In this document: positions 50,531 through 63,549 of the stretch, one piece after another
How positions within the stretch are numbered: position 1 is the stretch's first letter
How the letters are laid out: every line of letters begins with the position of its first letter
Assembly: GCA_043228905.1 (NCBI GenBank)
Contig: JBHGNT010000011.1
Coordinates: 9,548,001 to 9,612,000, forward strand
Source of the DNA: Azolla caroliniana
Taxonomy: Eukaryota > Plantae > Polypodiophyta
Direction: 5' to 3'
DNA: 64,000 nt
Made by a program: the position numbers and the translations under genes
The notes under the pieces: generated by a model
Databases searched by the model: none
Seen by the model: only the letters and a program-made list of their open reading frames with translations
Told to the model about the DNA's origin: nothing

Positions 50531-53155
50531 AAACACGTTTGCGATTTTAGACAATTTTCAAAAACTTGATACACCAGTATGACATGTTTTAAATAGCATG
50601 TAAAATTTGCTAATTTTTTTAGATTTAACAAGTTTCAAAATGATAATTTCTAAAATTGAATAGTTTTTCAGTAAATGTTTAAATGTTGATGATTTTTCAG
50701 TAAATGTTTAAACCCTAACTTAAAGAAAATCACAATGGTTAACTCAAGGCACAAGTTAAGATTAATGGTTTCACCATCTTGATGAGATTAAGATTACATC
50801 TTTTGTTAGACTTGAAAATGTTTTAAGTATAAGAGGTAACATTGCAATCCTTAATGTCATCATCTATAAATTTTGTGCTCATTAACATCCATAAATTCAC
50901 AACTTAAGAAATGTAGACAATATTCCTAAACAATTTTGATAAATCCACAACTCCTAAAATGTAGATGATACTCATAAACTGTCAAAACTATCAAACTTTA
51001 GATGTGAACATTAATATATCAATTTGAACATATCACACAGTTATCAGGGTATCTACAATGTTATCCTCTTCTTCCTTTTGAGAATTCCCCTATAAAATTT
51101 GTGAAGTAAATGGCATTTGTGAGGTTCAATTACCATCAATACAATTATTAATGTTTTTTTGCTAATTAATGAAGCACATGTTCACCATAAGGTATCTTGT
51201 TGTGCAACATACATCTTTCCAGTATCGATATGTATCTTTTTCTCTTGTAAAAACATAGATTTCAGTATAATTTGAGTTCATGTTTAAAAAACCTATTTTA
51301 TTTGAAAAACAAGAAGTTTTTTAAATATGAACTTGATATGTTGTATCGAGTTGATGTAAAAAACAAAGCTTTGATCATAATTCCATACAATGTATTGAAT
51401 TCATGTTCAAAGTTTTTTTTACGGGATTTTAAACAAATTAATAATAATAAGTTGAGCTTGAGTGCATATAAAAACCAGATTTTTCTTCACAATTCGATAC
51501 AATGTATCGAGTTCATGTTTAAAGTATATTTTTCTAATTTTTTTTTCAATTTTTTTCGTGTTGAAAAGCTAACTTGTTTAAAGCTTTTCTAGGGGGTTTT
51601 GAAAAAAAAATGCTTTTTTTCTATTTATTTTGGTTTTTTGTTGTTTTTTTTAAACAAATTTTTGAGTTGTAATAAATGATAAAAAAACTAGAGTTTTCAT
51701 CACAAGCCGATACAATGTATCGAATTCATGTTTAAAATTATTTTTTTTCCATAAAACAAATTGAAAAAAAAATATTTGAAGAAAATTGAAAAAATTTAGA
51801 AAAAATTAGAAATATATACTTTAAACATGAACTCAATACATTGTATTGAATTGTGATGAAAAATCTAGTTTTTATATGAACTCAAGCTCAACTTATTATT
51901 ATTAATTTGTTTTAAATCCATTAAAAAAAACTTTAAACATGAATTCAATACATTGTATGGAATTATGATCAAAACTCTGTTATTTACATCAACTCGATAC
52001 AACATATGAAAGAGGTTCATGTTTAAAAATCTTCTTGTTTTTCAAATAAAAGAGGTTTTTTTAAACATGAACTTAAATTATACTGAAATCTATGTTTTTA
52101 CAAGAGAAAAAGATACATATCGATACTGCAAAGATGTATGTTGCATAACAAGATACCTTATGGTGAACATGTGCATCATTGATTAACAAAAAACCATTAA
52201 TAATTGTGTTGATGGTAATTGAACCTTGCAAATGTCATTTACATTGTCTATAAAGTATTCTCGTGGTTCTCAATGACCACTTCAAGCACTTAATGTTGAT
52301 CTTCATAGTTTGGTTCATCTACAATAGAGAAACATTTATGTGGAACAAAGGATGACAACACGAGCATAACTCAGGTGACAAGGAAGCTTGCAAGAACTCA
52401 AGGTGGGGATATTAATAACTACACGTGTAGATGGCCATGAGCTAGGGTACCAATTCTGCATTGGTAAAGTTTTGGACGTGATGATGCATTAAACCTTTGT
52501 AATACATCTATCATTGACATTAGTTAGGTGGATATCATTGTGTATGACTTTACAGTGACAAAAGTTGGATGTTTAAGGACAACAACGATATACATAATAA
52601 AAGAGATATTACCAAGTCTAGAAGATATCTCAAATTGAAGGTGAAGAAGATTCACTGCACACAATTTGGAGACACCATTTGGTGAAAACAATGATTTGAT
52701 TGGTACATTTGAAACTGAGGAGGAAGAGTCACAATTGTATATTATCTATAGTAGTGATTCTCATGAAAAGAATGATAATATATATGCAAATAACTCCCAA
52801 ATGTATTTGTTGTGCAAGTATGTGTAACAAATTTAGACAACATTTTATCGAATGAAATAAAAACGTTCATTGTTTTGAAATCCTCTACATTTGATTTCTT
52901 TAAGATCTAAAACTTATTAGTTGTCATTTTTCTTTAAAAATACACAAAGTTACTTTTCGTATTTGACCAAAATTTGGCATTTTTCAATTTTACCAAATGG
53001 TGAAATTTTCAACTTTTTCATCAAGTTTTAGAGAACATGTGATACCAATATCAAGGTGTTTTGTGAAATGGCAAAAAAAAACCCAAAATCAAACGGAATA
53101 TTCCTTATCCTTCCACTTGTGCCCGATCCTTCCACTTGTGAACGCGAACGTGTTC
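50531..53155. mobile_element. non-autonomous TIR DNA element inserted in Copia LTR
   Basis: Termini AAACACGTTTGCG / CGCGAACGTGTTC, imperfect subterminal inverted similarity; absent from the sister LTR; probable TA duplication. Confidence 0.75.
51106..52242. repeat. long inverted repeat (~450-bp arms, ~225-bp spacer)
   Basis: 51106-51555 is the reverse complement of ~51782-52242. Confidence 0.9.
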
Positions 53156-56100
53156 TAACTAGATTCTATCTAGGTAACTACTAAGTTACATGTGTTGACT
53201 AGCTAACTAACTCTAGTTGAGCTTGATATCTCAACACACCCCCTCAAGCTCAAGTGTGAGGTGTCTGACATCCGGTTTTTCTTTCGGCGTTGTCCGTCTT
53301 TCGATGTCAGCTTCTGTGTGACTTTCGGCATCGGCATTTTCGTGGCTACAATCTCAGTTCCTTCCCCTCAAGCCTGTGAGGAAAGCTTGGGTTGACTGCT
53401 CTCAACCATCATGGGTCACGAGCCACTTCTGTAGAGCTCTCGGGCTCTTGTTCGGCCGCTACCTTCATCGCAAAAGGCATAATGAAGGGCCATATACTCG
53501 TTGTAGCTGAGCTGAGCGATGGGGTTCTTCTCTCTAAATGACCCTCAAAGTTTTTCTCTTGTCGATGTGAGTGCCTTCTTCACTCCGGGTGTCTGCATGA
53601 TGGGTACACCAAATTCACTATCTAGTGAGGGAGCCGACACATCTGAATCACTATCGTCGGGATGGTCGACTTCATGTTCGGGCATCTTACCTTTGCCTTT
53701 GTCCGATTTCAGACTTGGCCGCGACGTCCTTTGGTCGCTTGAAGGCTCGTGTGGTCCGCTTAGCTCTGTAGATCTTGGATTGTCCTTGGTAAAGGACTTG
53801 TCTGAATATCGTCCTCCGAGTTGACATTCAACTCTTCCTCAGTTGAGTCAAGTGGAGCCGAATCGGGCTTATACCAAGATGTTGATTCGTCGAAGACCAC
53901 ATCTCGACTCACCCGAACCGGTCGAGTCAAAGGGTTATATCACTTGTATGCCTTTTTCTCGGACAAGTATACTACGAGGATACATTTCTCTAACTTCACG
54001 TCGGACTTCGGTCAGTGTTCGTTCGGGATGTGTACCTTCGCAATGCTTCCGAACACTTTGAGGTGCGACAGGATCGACTTCCTTCCGACAAGGAGTTCGT
54101 ATGGAGTTAGCTCATGTATTCCATTGGTGCTGCATCGATTCATGGATGCCACTTCGGCCCAAAAGAAGTTCAGCATGTGCTTCTCATGCATCATGGCACG
54201 TGCTATCTCGAGTATATACCGATTCTTCCTTTCGGCGACTCCATTTTGTTCGGGTGTGTGTCGGCACTAGAATTCGCTCCAAATGTCTTCACCTTGGAGG
54301 TACGAGATGAATTTGTCGAAGAATGACTGCTTTCCTCCATCCGATCGTGGGCATCGAATGTAGCGACCAGTTTCTTTTTCCACTTGGCCCTTCAACTTTC
54401 GAAAGTGGGGGAGCACTTCGCACTTCTTCTTTATTGGGAAGATCCACGTGTAGCGCGAGTAGTCGTCGATGAAGATGACATAGTATCGGTATCCGCCGAT
54501 CGTTGACATTTGGGCCAGTCCCCAGACATCTGAGTGTATGACGTCGAGGAGGCCTTTGCTTACGTAGCTCTCCTTCGGAAATGGGAGTCAGTGTTTTTTT
54601 GCCGAGTTGACATGCTTCGCATACTCAGTCGACTCGTTTCGACTCGAATGCTAGAAGTCCAATGACGACTCCCTTTGATTGCATGACTCAGAGCCATTGG
54701 AGGTTCCAATTCTCTTGTACCACAACTCGATGTCGGTGTCAACTTTGAGGCCTTTAGCATAGATGGCCGATTTCGCCTCGTTCGAATCGAGAATGAACAT
54801 TCCACCATCTCTCCGTCCTTTAGCTATGAGTTAGCCATATTTCTCGATGAACCATCATTCGTTGTTGAAATGAACTTGCATGCCTTGCTCCACGATTTGG
54901 CCTACGGACACCGAATTATTTGTTATTGTGTACACATGCAAGACATTCTTGATGCAATTGTTTTGGCCCTCAATTCTGAATGGACCGTTGCTGATGTGTC
55001 GAATGGGATGTGTGGTGTCGTCTCCCATCTCTATGACACCGGGTCGATCAGGTGTGTGCAAATCATTGAACCACTCTTCGTAGGATGTCATGTGATGTAA
55101 GGCGCCGAAATCAATGAACCACACGTCTTCCGAGTTGGAGGTGCTTTTGGAGTCAAAGGCCGTCATAGAGTTCACTCTATGTCTCATTACGAATAGCCCA
55201 CCATAGTCGTCATATTCGGAGTTGGTGGCGTAATTTGTGAGTTGTCGACTTGTGGAAGCCAACTAGCTTCTTCTTTTTTGGCACTCCTCACGGTGGCCGA
55301 TTTTTCCGCAATAGTTACACATAGTGGGCCTCGTTTGCTGACCTTGTTCAACAAGGAAGCTCCCCCTTCTTCCGAAGGTTTCTCGATGGCTTCCGTCTTG
55401 TTGTTGAAGGTTTGAGTTCCCTTCGTGAGATGGGTCGAATCGACCTCTTCTACCGTTGTGACCTTGTCCCTCGGCCACCGTCCGAATTTGAGAAGAACAT
55501 TTGTCCTTCTGATGTCTTGGTCTTGGTTTGGACGTGGTTCTCTTTGACCAATAACATTGATTAGAGATCAAAGAACAGAGGGTTTTCTCTCGCCAAGATT
55601 GCCGTCCTCAACAAGTCGAATCGTTGTGTGAGGCCGCCCAAGCATACATGAACCATCTCATCTTCGTTGACGTTTATGTTGACGGAGCCAAGAGAGTCAA
55701 AAATGCTCTTGATCTTGGCGGTGTAGTTCGACACAGACATATCTTTTTGGAGAATGTTGTTCAACTCTTGTTGGAGTTCATGCTTTCGGGTAGTCGTGTT
55801 TGCGGCGAACATCTTCTTCAAGTTCTCCCACACCTCTTTAGGTGTCTTGATGTCTCGAATGTGTCTAAGCATGTGGTCGTGGACACATGTTGCCAAGCAA
55901 TTCATTACCCAACTCGCTCCTTGTTCCCACGTTGGGTAGTTGGCATTTGTGATGTTGGGTTTGTTTTCAAGTGCGTCGTTGATGTAGCTCCAATAGCCTT
56001 GGCCGACGAGGTATTGGTTCATCTTGTACTCCCAAGATGAATAATTGTTCCAGTCTAGTTTTTCACTAGGGAGCAAGCTATCCATTTTTGTGTTCATGTT

Positions 56101-56732
56101 GTTTTAATGTCTTCCCTTTTGTCTGTTCTTCCTTTGTTCACGTACACGTGCTACGTTGCAGCACTACGGTAGCCGATAGCCGGATTTGTCGTCGTCGTCT
56201 CGAACACACAATCACGAAGAGTCGGGTGGGCTTAGTGGATGTGCTAAACCACACACTCTGATACCATGTCAAGAATTAGGTAATTAAGCAAGGGTTAGTT
56301 AGTACCTAATTATGTGATTAAGTTAAGCGGAAGATTAAGTGATATGTGTGTGTATGTGTGCAAGAGGAAGAGAGAGAGGAAGTTAACACTTATGAACAAC
56401 GAGACAAGATGGGGGGTGATTAACTATATTAAAATGCATCATCAAATACAAAAATATCCACAATGAGGTATATATACATCTCATGTGCAAAGGTGCACAT
56501 GTGTGAGTAGAATATAGGTACAAACGTGTAAGTCCCATATTAAATGAACATGGGAGTGGAAGATCTATAATGTATCCCACTCAAGTACAAAATCCTATTT
56601 AAGGCTTTAAGGTGAACACACTAACTAGATTTTATCTAGGTAACTACTAAGTTACATGTGTTGACTAGCTAACGAAATCTAGTTGAGCTTGATATCTCAA
56701 CACTTATATACTAAGCCCTAACTATTTGGACG

Positions 56733-59700
56733 TGTTCACACTAAGATACAAATTGGAAGGAGTCAACCTTTTATGCCAACATGAAGAAGAGTCGGGGGTC
56801 ATGGCACCCTGTCGAGACTGTTATCCTTTCCATTTGTATGGGTTGCGACTAACGGACCAAGGAAAAAGATTCCTCGAGATCGGCTACAACCGATCCCACA
56901 ACACGACTTCTACACAGACAGTACTTATACATCAAACTTAAAAGAAAGAACACTTGAGTCACCCACAAGAAGTGTATTCGATTAAAGTGTATACGCATAC
57001 AGATACAAGTACTAATTACTATCGACTAAGCACTCACTCTCTATCCCTCTATTCCTAGTCTTAGTCCCTCCCTTTCCATTCTCAAATACTCAATATATAT
57101 ACACTCCTCTATGCTCGGTTCTTTCCAACCGTTCTTCCTTAATATTGGCTTCCTTTGTTCGATTGTTAGTGCTCGACTCCCTTTGATTCGTTTCACACCT
57201 TGTCACACTTGTCCGATCGGGTAACACTTTGCACACCCGTGGGCCAATGCCTTGCACGTCGAACACAAAAACATCCTCACCGAAATTGTTGCTCTTTACT
57301 CTTCCTCAAAGATGTGCAAATTGCTTCGTGACTACCGCGAGTCATCTACTTTGGTGTCGAACTCGACCACCTGATCGAGATGTGTCGATTGTTCCTCAGC
57401 CGGTTGATTGATTGTTTGTCCTTGCCTCTAGGTGGTCTTCGGTGTTCAGCTGTTCGTACTGTGTTCTCTCTACTTGTGGTTGCTCCTCATCATGTGGGAG
57501 CCTTTGCACTAATGGATCTGTCCTGTTGTCGCCGGCGTCGGCTTGCCCGTCGGCGTCGTGTTCTGTCTCCTCCCTTTGTTTAGCTTCGTGAATACCAGTT
57601 CCAATGTCCAATTGGTTCGGGGCCTCTAAGTTGTTATCGTCGAGTTCATCCTCCATTCATCCATGGTTCCCCTAGTTAACCTCCTCGGTTCACTACTGCT
57701 AGTATCGCTCCAAATCGAGGTCAAGTTGCAGTTGTTCATCCTCGAATTCCTTGACTAATTTCTTGACCTCCTCACTATGCTTCTGGGCCACTGAGTAGAA
57801 TTCCTTGGTTAGGTCTTCGCAGAGCAATTGTATGTTGTTCTCATCCATTTGTAGAACCCATGGCCCTCCTTGTGGTTCTCATGGTCTACTCGGAAAATTT
57901 GTAATTCAATCGTTTGTGCCAACTATTCGTGTCATCCCCAAGTCAGTGCCACGTCTATCAACTGGGCCAACCACTTGCGTTGCTTTGCCAACAAGGCCTT
58001 GATCCGAGTTGCATCCATGTCAAATCTTACGTGAAACTCCTGTAATTCGTCCGCGAAGCAGACATGTTGATTCCGCATTTCTTCCATGTAGGCTCGCATT
58101 ATCTTGAGGCGCGATTCACAGTGGTCTTGTTCCCTCTCTAACTAGTGTTGTAACCGAAACTGAGCTTGCTCAATGGTGTGCATGGTACAGTAAAGCTCAT
58201 GCCGGTACGTCTCAATTTATTTTTGTTGTACCCGGTCACGAAGCTAGAGGTCAAGTAGTTGTTGGTAGTGTTTGGCGAAATCAACCAACATCAAAGTGTA
58301 CTCTTTCTGTAGTTACCGATGTCGCTCCTGTGCTTCCCTGAGTACTTGCTTATGTTCGTCAGTGGTAGTCTTATGAAATCGTGGAAGCCCTCCTCTGTTT
58401 CTTTCATCTTTTTGGCGATGTGGTATGCTTGTGCGCGAAGAGTCATTGTTGTATGCTCCTCTTTCTCGCGTAGGGTTTCAGCCGCTTGCTTATGTTGTTC
58501 TCCAAGGCGGCCTAACGCCTTCTCTTCTTGCCCTTGAAGGGCTTGCTTGGTTGTATTCCTCCACCTTCTCCTTTAAGGTTATGTTGAGTTGCGTCTGCAA
58601 CTCAGACTTCACGGTATTGGGCCTGTTGGAGGGATGTGCGGAGTTCCTCGATCTCGGCGAGGGTTGCGTGGTAACGTTCCTTGGCCGTCGTGGTAATCAT
58701 CGTTTGTGATGCTAGATTTTTAGGTCGTCGGGAGTGGTGGTGTTATCGGCAGCCTGTGTCATGGAAGGGACCTCTTATGTGATGGTTTTGGCTTGTGTGG
58801 GGAGGGTGCTTAGGGTTGCCGAATGTGAGGTTTCGTCTTCAACTGTGATGACAACAAGTCGTGCTTGCCCTTGGCTAGCAGCTGCTCAGAGCTGTTGTTT
58901 GATTGCGACGACTCAGGCTTCCAAAGCCTTCCATAGTTCAGTCGCTCAGTTGGCCTGTTTGTGGTTCTGCTTACTAGAAGAGGCCATATCCTTAGCCGTG
59001 CAGGTCGTCTTCGCCAATTCTTGGTATACTTCGACGAGGCTGGTATTAAGTATTGGTACCTCGAGTAGTAGGTCGTCTTCGCCAATTCTTGGTATACTTC
59101 GACGAGGCTGGTATTAAGTATTGGTACCTCGAGTAGTAGGTTGTTGCTTTGTTTGTTGTGCTTCTAGCCGATTTTTTGCAAAGCCACGTCTTCTTTTGGT
59201 TTGTTCTCACCAACCAAAGCTCTCTGGATCATAACCGTGTTGGTGTGTTCTTTGGCCAGTCTCGCTCCCGCGACGCTTTGTAATCAGGTGAGGAAATCTA
59301 TTAGTTAGAAAGAAGTCCCATGGCGCAAAATGGTCGTTACCTTGAAGGCTTCGGAGGGGATATCAAGGAAGGTCATCACTGTATCCTCCGAGCTACGGGA
59401 TGCCTGTCTTTCCTGTAATTTCCCCGTCAAAGATAGAGACACGTCCAGGACGATGGCCACCATCTTGTCGGGTGCAACCGCCAGTTGCAAGTCATCCCCA
59501 GCGGTGTGTACTCCTTCCTTCGCTTCGTTATGTCGTTGCAACTGGCAGCGTTTCTTGGACTCACTGAATCCGGCTGTCGAGTCCACTGTGGCCTCTGTAT
59601 CCTCTCGAGGTCATTTATTTTGGAGGGACGACGGGTCTCGTCCCTTATATCTCAACGAGGCCTTGTCAATAGTTTTCTATGCTCATCCACCAAAACCGTA

Positions 59701-61402
59701 GGCTTGGGCTTGGTTCGTCCGCAAATTGTGAAATCTACGTCGATGTTGTGGACCAACTGCTCTTGAGCTACTTGTGGTTGCATAGGTCCGTGGGGAGGTG
59801 GAGTCGGTGATACTTGGGGTCGCCGCGGGGGTGGGGTCCTGCCATTCTTCTTGTGTAAACTGCAGGGCCCGCTATCGTTTGGTGTGAGTGGGTGTTGTAG
59901 GCAGTACAGGAGGTTTCATTGTAGCGGGAGTGGATTGAGGTGGGTAAACCACGGACAGATATTGAGCAAGTGCGGGGAACAACTTCTTTCCCGCTTGTAG
60001 TGCCAAAAGTCTTGCGCGAAGTGCCTCACCTCTGACATATACCCAGTTGATCCGATCACCTTGGTATGTGGCGACGATGAAGCTGGCCTTCTTCTTGGGC
60101 ATGTCATAGCTCGTCGAATGGACATAGGCGACCTCAAGTAGGAATTTTACGAGTTCTCAAAACAACTCATGAGGGCCTCCCTGCATTTTGCATGCTTTAG
60201 CCAACGCTTGTGTGGGAGGAACCTCAATGTCATGATGGCCAACATGTTTTAGGCCAAACGTTGTCTAAACCTGGTCATCGGTGATGGTTTCGGCAGTCAT
60301 CCGTAAGCAAATCTCTTGCGCTTCAGAATGGGGAGGCGCGTCCAAGACTTTGAGATAATCACCGAGGCCGTGCCTTTTCAGCCAGGCGCGGAGCTTAGCA
60401 GAAACGTCGATAGGCATGTTGATTCCTACGTCTGTTCTGGGGGAATGTAGAGGTGAGGTGCTTCTGTGCAAAGAGCGAGAGGGTGAGGAGCTGCGTTGGA
60501 GAGCTTGGAAGGTCTGAGCTTCTGTTGTTTCTTCTTCGTGGGAAGTGAATTTGTGCCTCTACGGAAGTGTTTTTTTTGTAGGCACTGCATTACCCCATAT
60601 GTGGCTATATGTCCTAGATTCAGAATCTTCCTTGCCATTACGCGGTGTTAATGCCACGTGTCGGGAACAAACCTGTACTTGCTTTTCTTGAACTCTGTGC
60701 ATGCACATGCACTTCAAATACATTCTTGGTGGACTTTTCTTTCCATAAATACACCTAATATACTAGTTTAAGGGAGGTGGAGTTGCTACCGAGATTGTGG
60801 TGGGGAGGGGTTGTTAGCCACCTTTCGACCTACCACTATCGGGTCATGGTTTCGTGTCTTGTCGAAGAAGGAATTTGGAGGTGTGAACTCGAGGTAAGGT
60901 TTCATTCGGAACCCATTGAGCCATTTTTGCATGACTTCGCCTACTAAAGTACCGAGTTGGTACGTCTTGTTGAATTCATTGACGATCCAGATGGGATTGA
61001 TCTAGCGGAACCGGAGTTTTCCTGGCATATGTACTAGTCGAGTTTGGAAGACCAAGACTGCTTTGCCAATCCCGAATAGTTGCTCATTGCTTTGTCGATG
61101 TCAGTCAGCAAGGGTTTTCCGCTGATGTTGGGCCTCCTCCAAGTTGCTCAAGCTGGTGATTTTGGTTTCCCCGAGCTTGAGAAGTTGCTCTAAAAATGTC
61201 AATTCGGACTCGACTTCTAGTAATCGTTCGGTGGTTTGGACTCGTAAGCTAGGTACCTGAAATTCCACTGGCATCACTGTTTCCAAGCCGAATGCTAATC
61301 GAAAAGGAGTCGATTTAATATTAGTTTTATAGGTCATTTGATAAACACAATGCGCAGTTTCTAATCCTAATCAATTCGATTCGCATTCACGATTTTCTTC
61401 AA
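56733..61402 (-). mobile_element. decayed Athila/OTA-like Gypsy 3' part (INT tail, long accessory ORF, LTR ~56733-57265)
   Basis: TPFRLAFGLETVMPVEFQVPSLR matches 1186-1656; accessory ORF homolog; TGTTC...GAACA. Confidence 0.8.
57396..60471 (-). pseudogene. accessory ORF homolog with probable coiled-coil C-terminal region
   Basis: MPIDVSAKLRAWL..., MPKKKASFI...INW...GKKLFPALAQYLSVVYPP; 68-bp tandem duplication at 59003-59138. Confidence 0.6.
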
Positions 61403-61727
61403 TACACATACACGCTATCATGATGACACTCACATTAGGAAAGGATTTGAACCCACAACCTTGTTATACACATGTCAAATCCTTAACCATTGTAATAATA
61501 TGTTTATATGTATAGTTCTTAGAATATGTAATCTAATATCATAAAAATCTTCTATATTACATTACATTCTAGAATGACCTAGAATATTCTAGAGTGTTCT
61601 ACATACTAGAACCTTCTAGATTACTCTACATTCTAGAATGACCTAGAATATTCTAGAGTGTTCTATATTGCTTACAAATAGGGATCTATCAATAATCCCA
61701 AAACTAAATTGGTTCAAACTATCAAGA

Positions 61728-61765
<38 letters not shown>

Positions 61766-62197
61766 CGAAAGGGAAATACTATATTGCAGTTTAAAACAGA
61801 TTACAAGGAGTGGGCAAAAGACTGCTATAGAATGGCATTCCCACGACTTTGTTATACACATGTCAAATCCTTAACCATTGTAATAATATGTTTATATGTA
61901 TAGTTTTTAGAATATGTAATCTAATATCATAGGAATATTCTATATTAAATTACACTCTAGAATGACCTAGAATATTCTAGAGTGTTCTATATACTAGAAC
62001 CTTCAAGAATACTCTAGAAACCTTCTAGATTACTCTACATTCTAGAATGACCTAGAATATTCTAGATGTTCTATATTACTTATAAATAGGGATCTATCAA
62101 TCATCCCAAAACTAAATTGGTTCAACACCATTCTATAGCACTTTGTTGCCTACTCCTTGTAATCTGTTTTACACTACAATATAGTATTTCCCTTTCG

Positions 62198-62233
<36 letters not shown>

Positions 62234-62242
62234 CACGCTACA
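61403..62242 (+). repeat. TCTAGA-rich LTR-like sequence with tRNA-like module and internal direct + inverted duplication
   Basis: TATAAATAGG, (CT)n, A-B'-A-B structure. Confidence 0.6.
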
Positions 62243-62612
62243 TGATTTTATGAACCATGCCACACTGAACGAGCCGATTGGTGTGTGATCCAATCGTGAG
62301 ATGTGCTGACCAAATAAGAGTGTTACCCGTATAGGTGTATGAGAGGGGTAAGAGTGTAAGGTGTAAGGTGTGTAATGTGTAAACATGAAATGTGTAATGT
62401 ATAAGTGTGAGGAAGAGTGTGTACACATGCACATTTGTGTGCATGTGTACAAATGTGAGAGAATGGGGTAAGTAGGTGTAACTACCCCCATTTGGCTTTT
62501 TATATTGTCTTGTAACAGCCGAATTTTGTACTATATAAACCCCACCCATGGGGCATGAAAAAGAGGAAGGAATAGTGAAGTTACCCATCAATATTGTATC
62601 TCATTTTGCCTC

Positions 62613-62651
<39 letters not shown>

Positions 62652-62728
62652 CCCCCCCTCTCCCTCATGCGTAACCCCCTTGGGAGGGAGGTGGAGCAGT
62701 TCTTGGCTTACCCCCACCCATAAACATT

Positions 62729-62769
<41 letters not shown>

Positions 62770-63549
62770 TTGTGTGTTTGTGAATGTCATCAATACATCG
62801 TTATCATCATCTCTGTGTGTTCATATCGTGCACACACCTGCCAAAGAATTTGCTCCTATCTGTTTCTGCCACGTCTCCTCCAAAGATTGGGTTGAGTTGA
62901 GATCAAAACTCGTCATCGTCAGAGAATGATTACACTTTGCAAGCTGATCATGATTAGGAGGAGCCGCATTTCATCCAGAAATCTTTAAGTTTTCCAATAC
63001 CATATCTACACGTTTCAAGATGGAATGTGGCCAAAGTTCATGTGAAGTAGAAGTTATTGAGCACTGCGAAGAAAATGAGCATAAGATGTCTTTGCATGAA
63101 CAAAACCTCTTCAAGAAGCAGATCAAAGATAATTCAAGATGATGATGGACTTCCTGTCATTTTAGTTGGACTTGTGATTGGTCTAGTTACAACATCTATT
63201 GCGAGAATCTTGCTTGAAATAGACAAGACAGAGGAAATACAAATGATCTTGCAACCACTAATCATAGCTTCTCGAGATCATTCTCATTTGAGGCTGTATA
63301 AGAATCTTTCAATCTCCCAGAGACACTCCACAGGTTCTAATTTTCATCACACTATGGAAGAGTGCTCAAAATTTTCAACAATATGGCACAATGCGAGCTC
63401 AAAAACCAATCTTTCCAAAGAACCTAACAATTGTATAGTAACAGAAGAAACAGATAGCCATGCTCCATGATCATTTGATAGAGTTGGCTTCAGAAGACAA
63501 TGTTATTACGTCTCCGCTTATTTTAAGGAATCTTTAGCATGAATATACT

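Larger units (their letters stand above)
50175..56702 (-). mobile_element. Copia element lacking RT/RNase H, TSD CTTAT; 3' LTR split by a TIR element
   Basis: LTRs 56267-56702 and 50175-50530 + 53156-53236; PBS 56256-56266; gag LPSEKLDWNNYSSWEYKM, WFIDFGA, FIDDYSRY, RSDGG; CTTAT on both flanks. Confidence 0.92.

Noticed and set aside
63057-63470. 137-aa ORF
   Set aside because: No recognisable domain; lies between LTR-like pieces and is likely decayed TE sequence.
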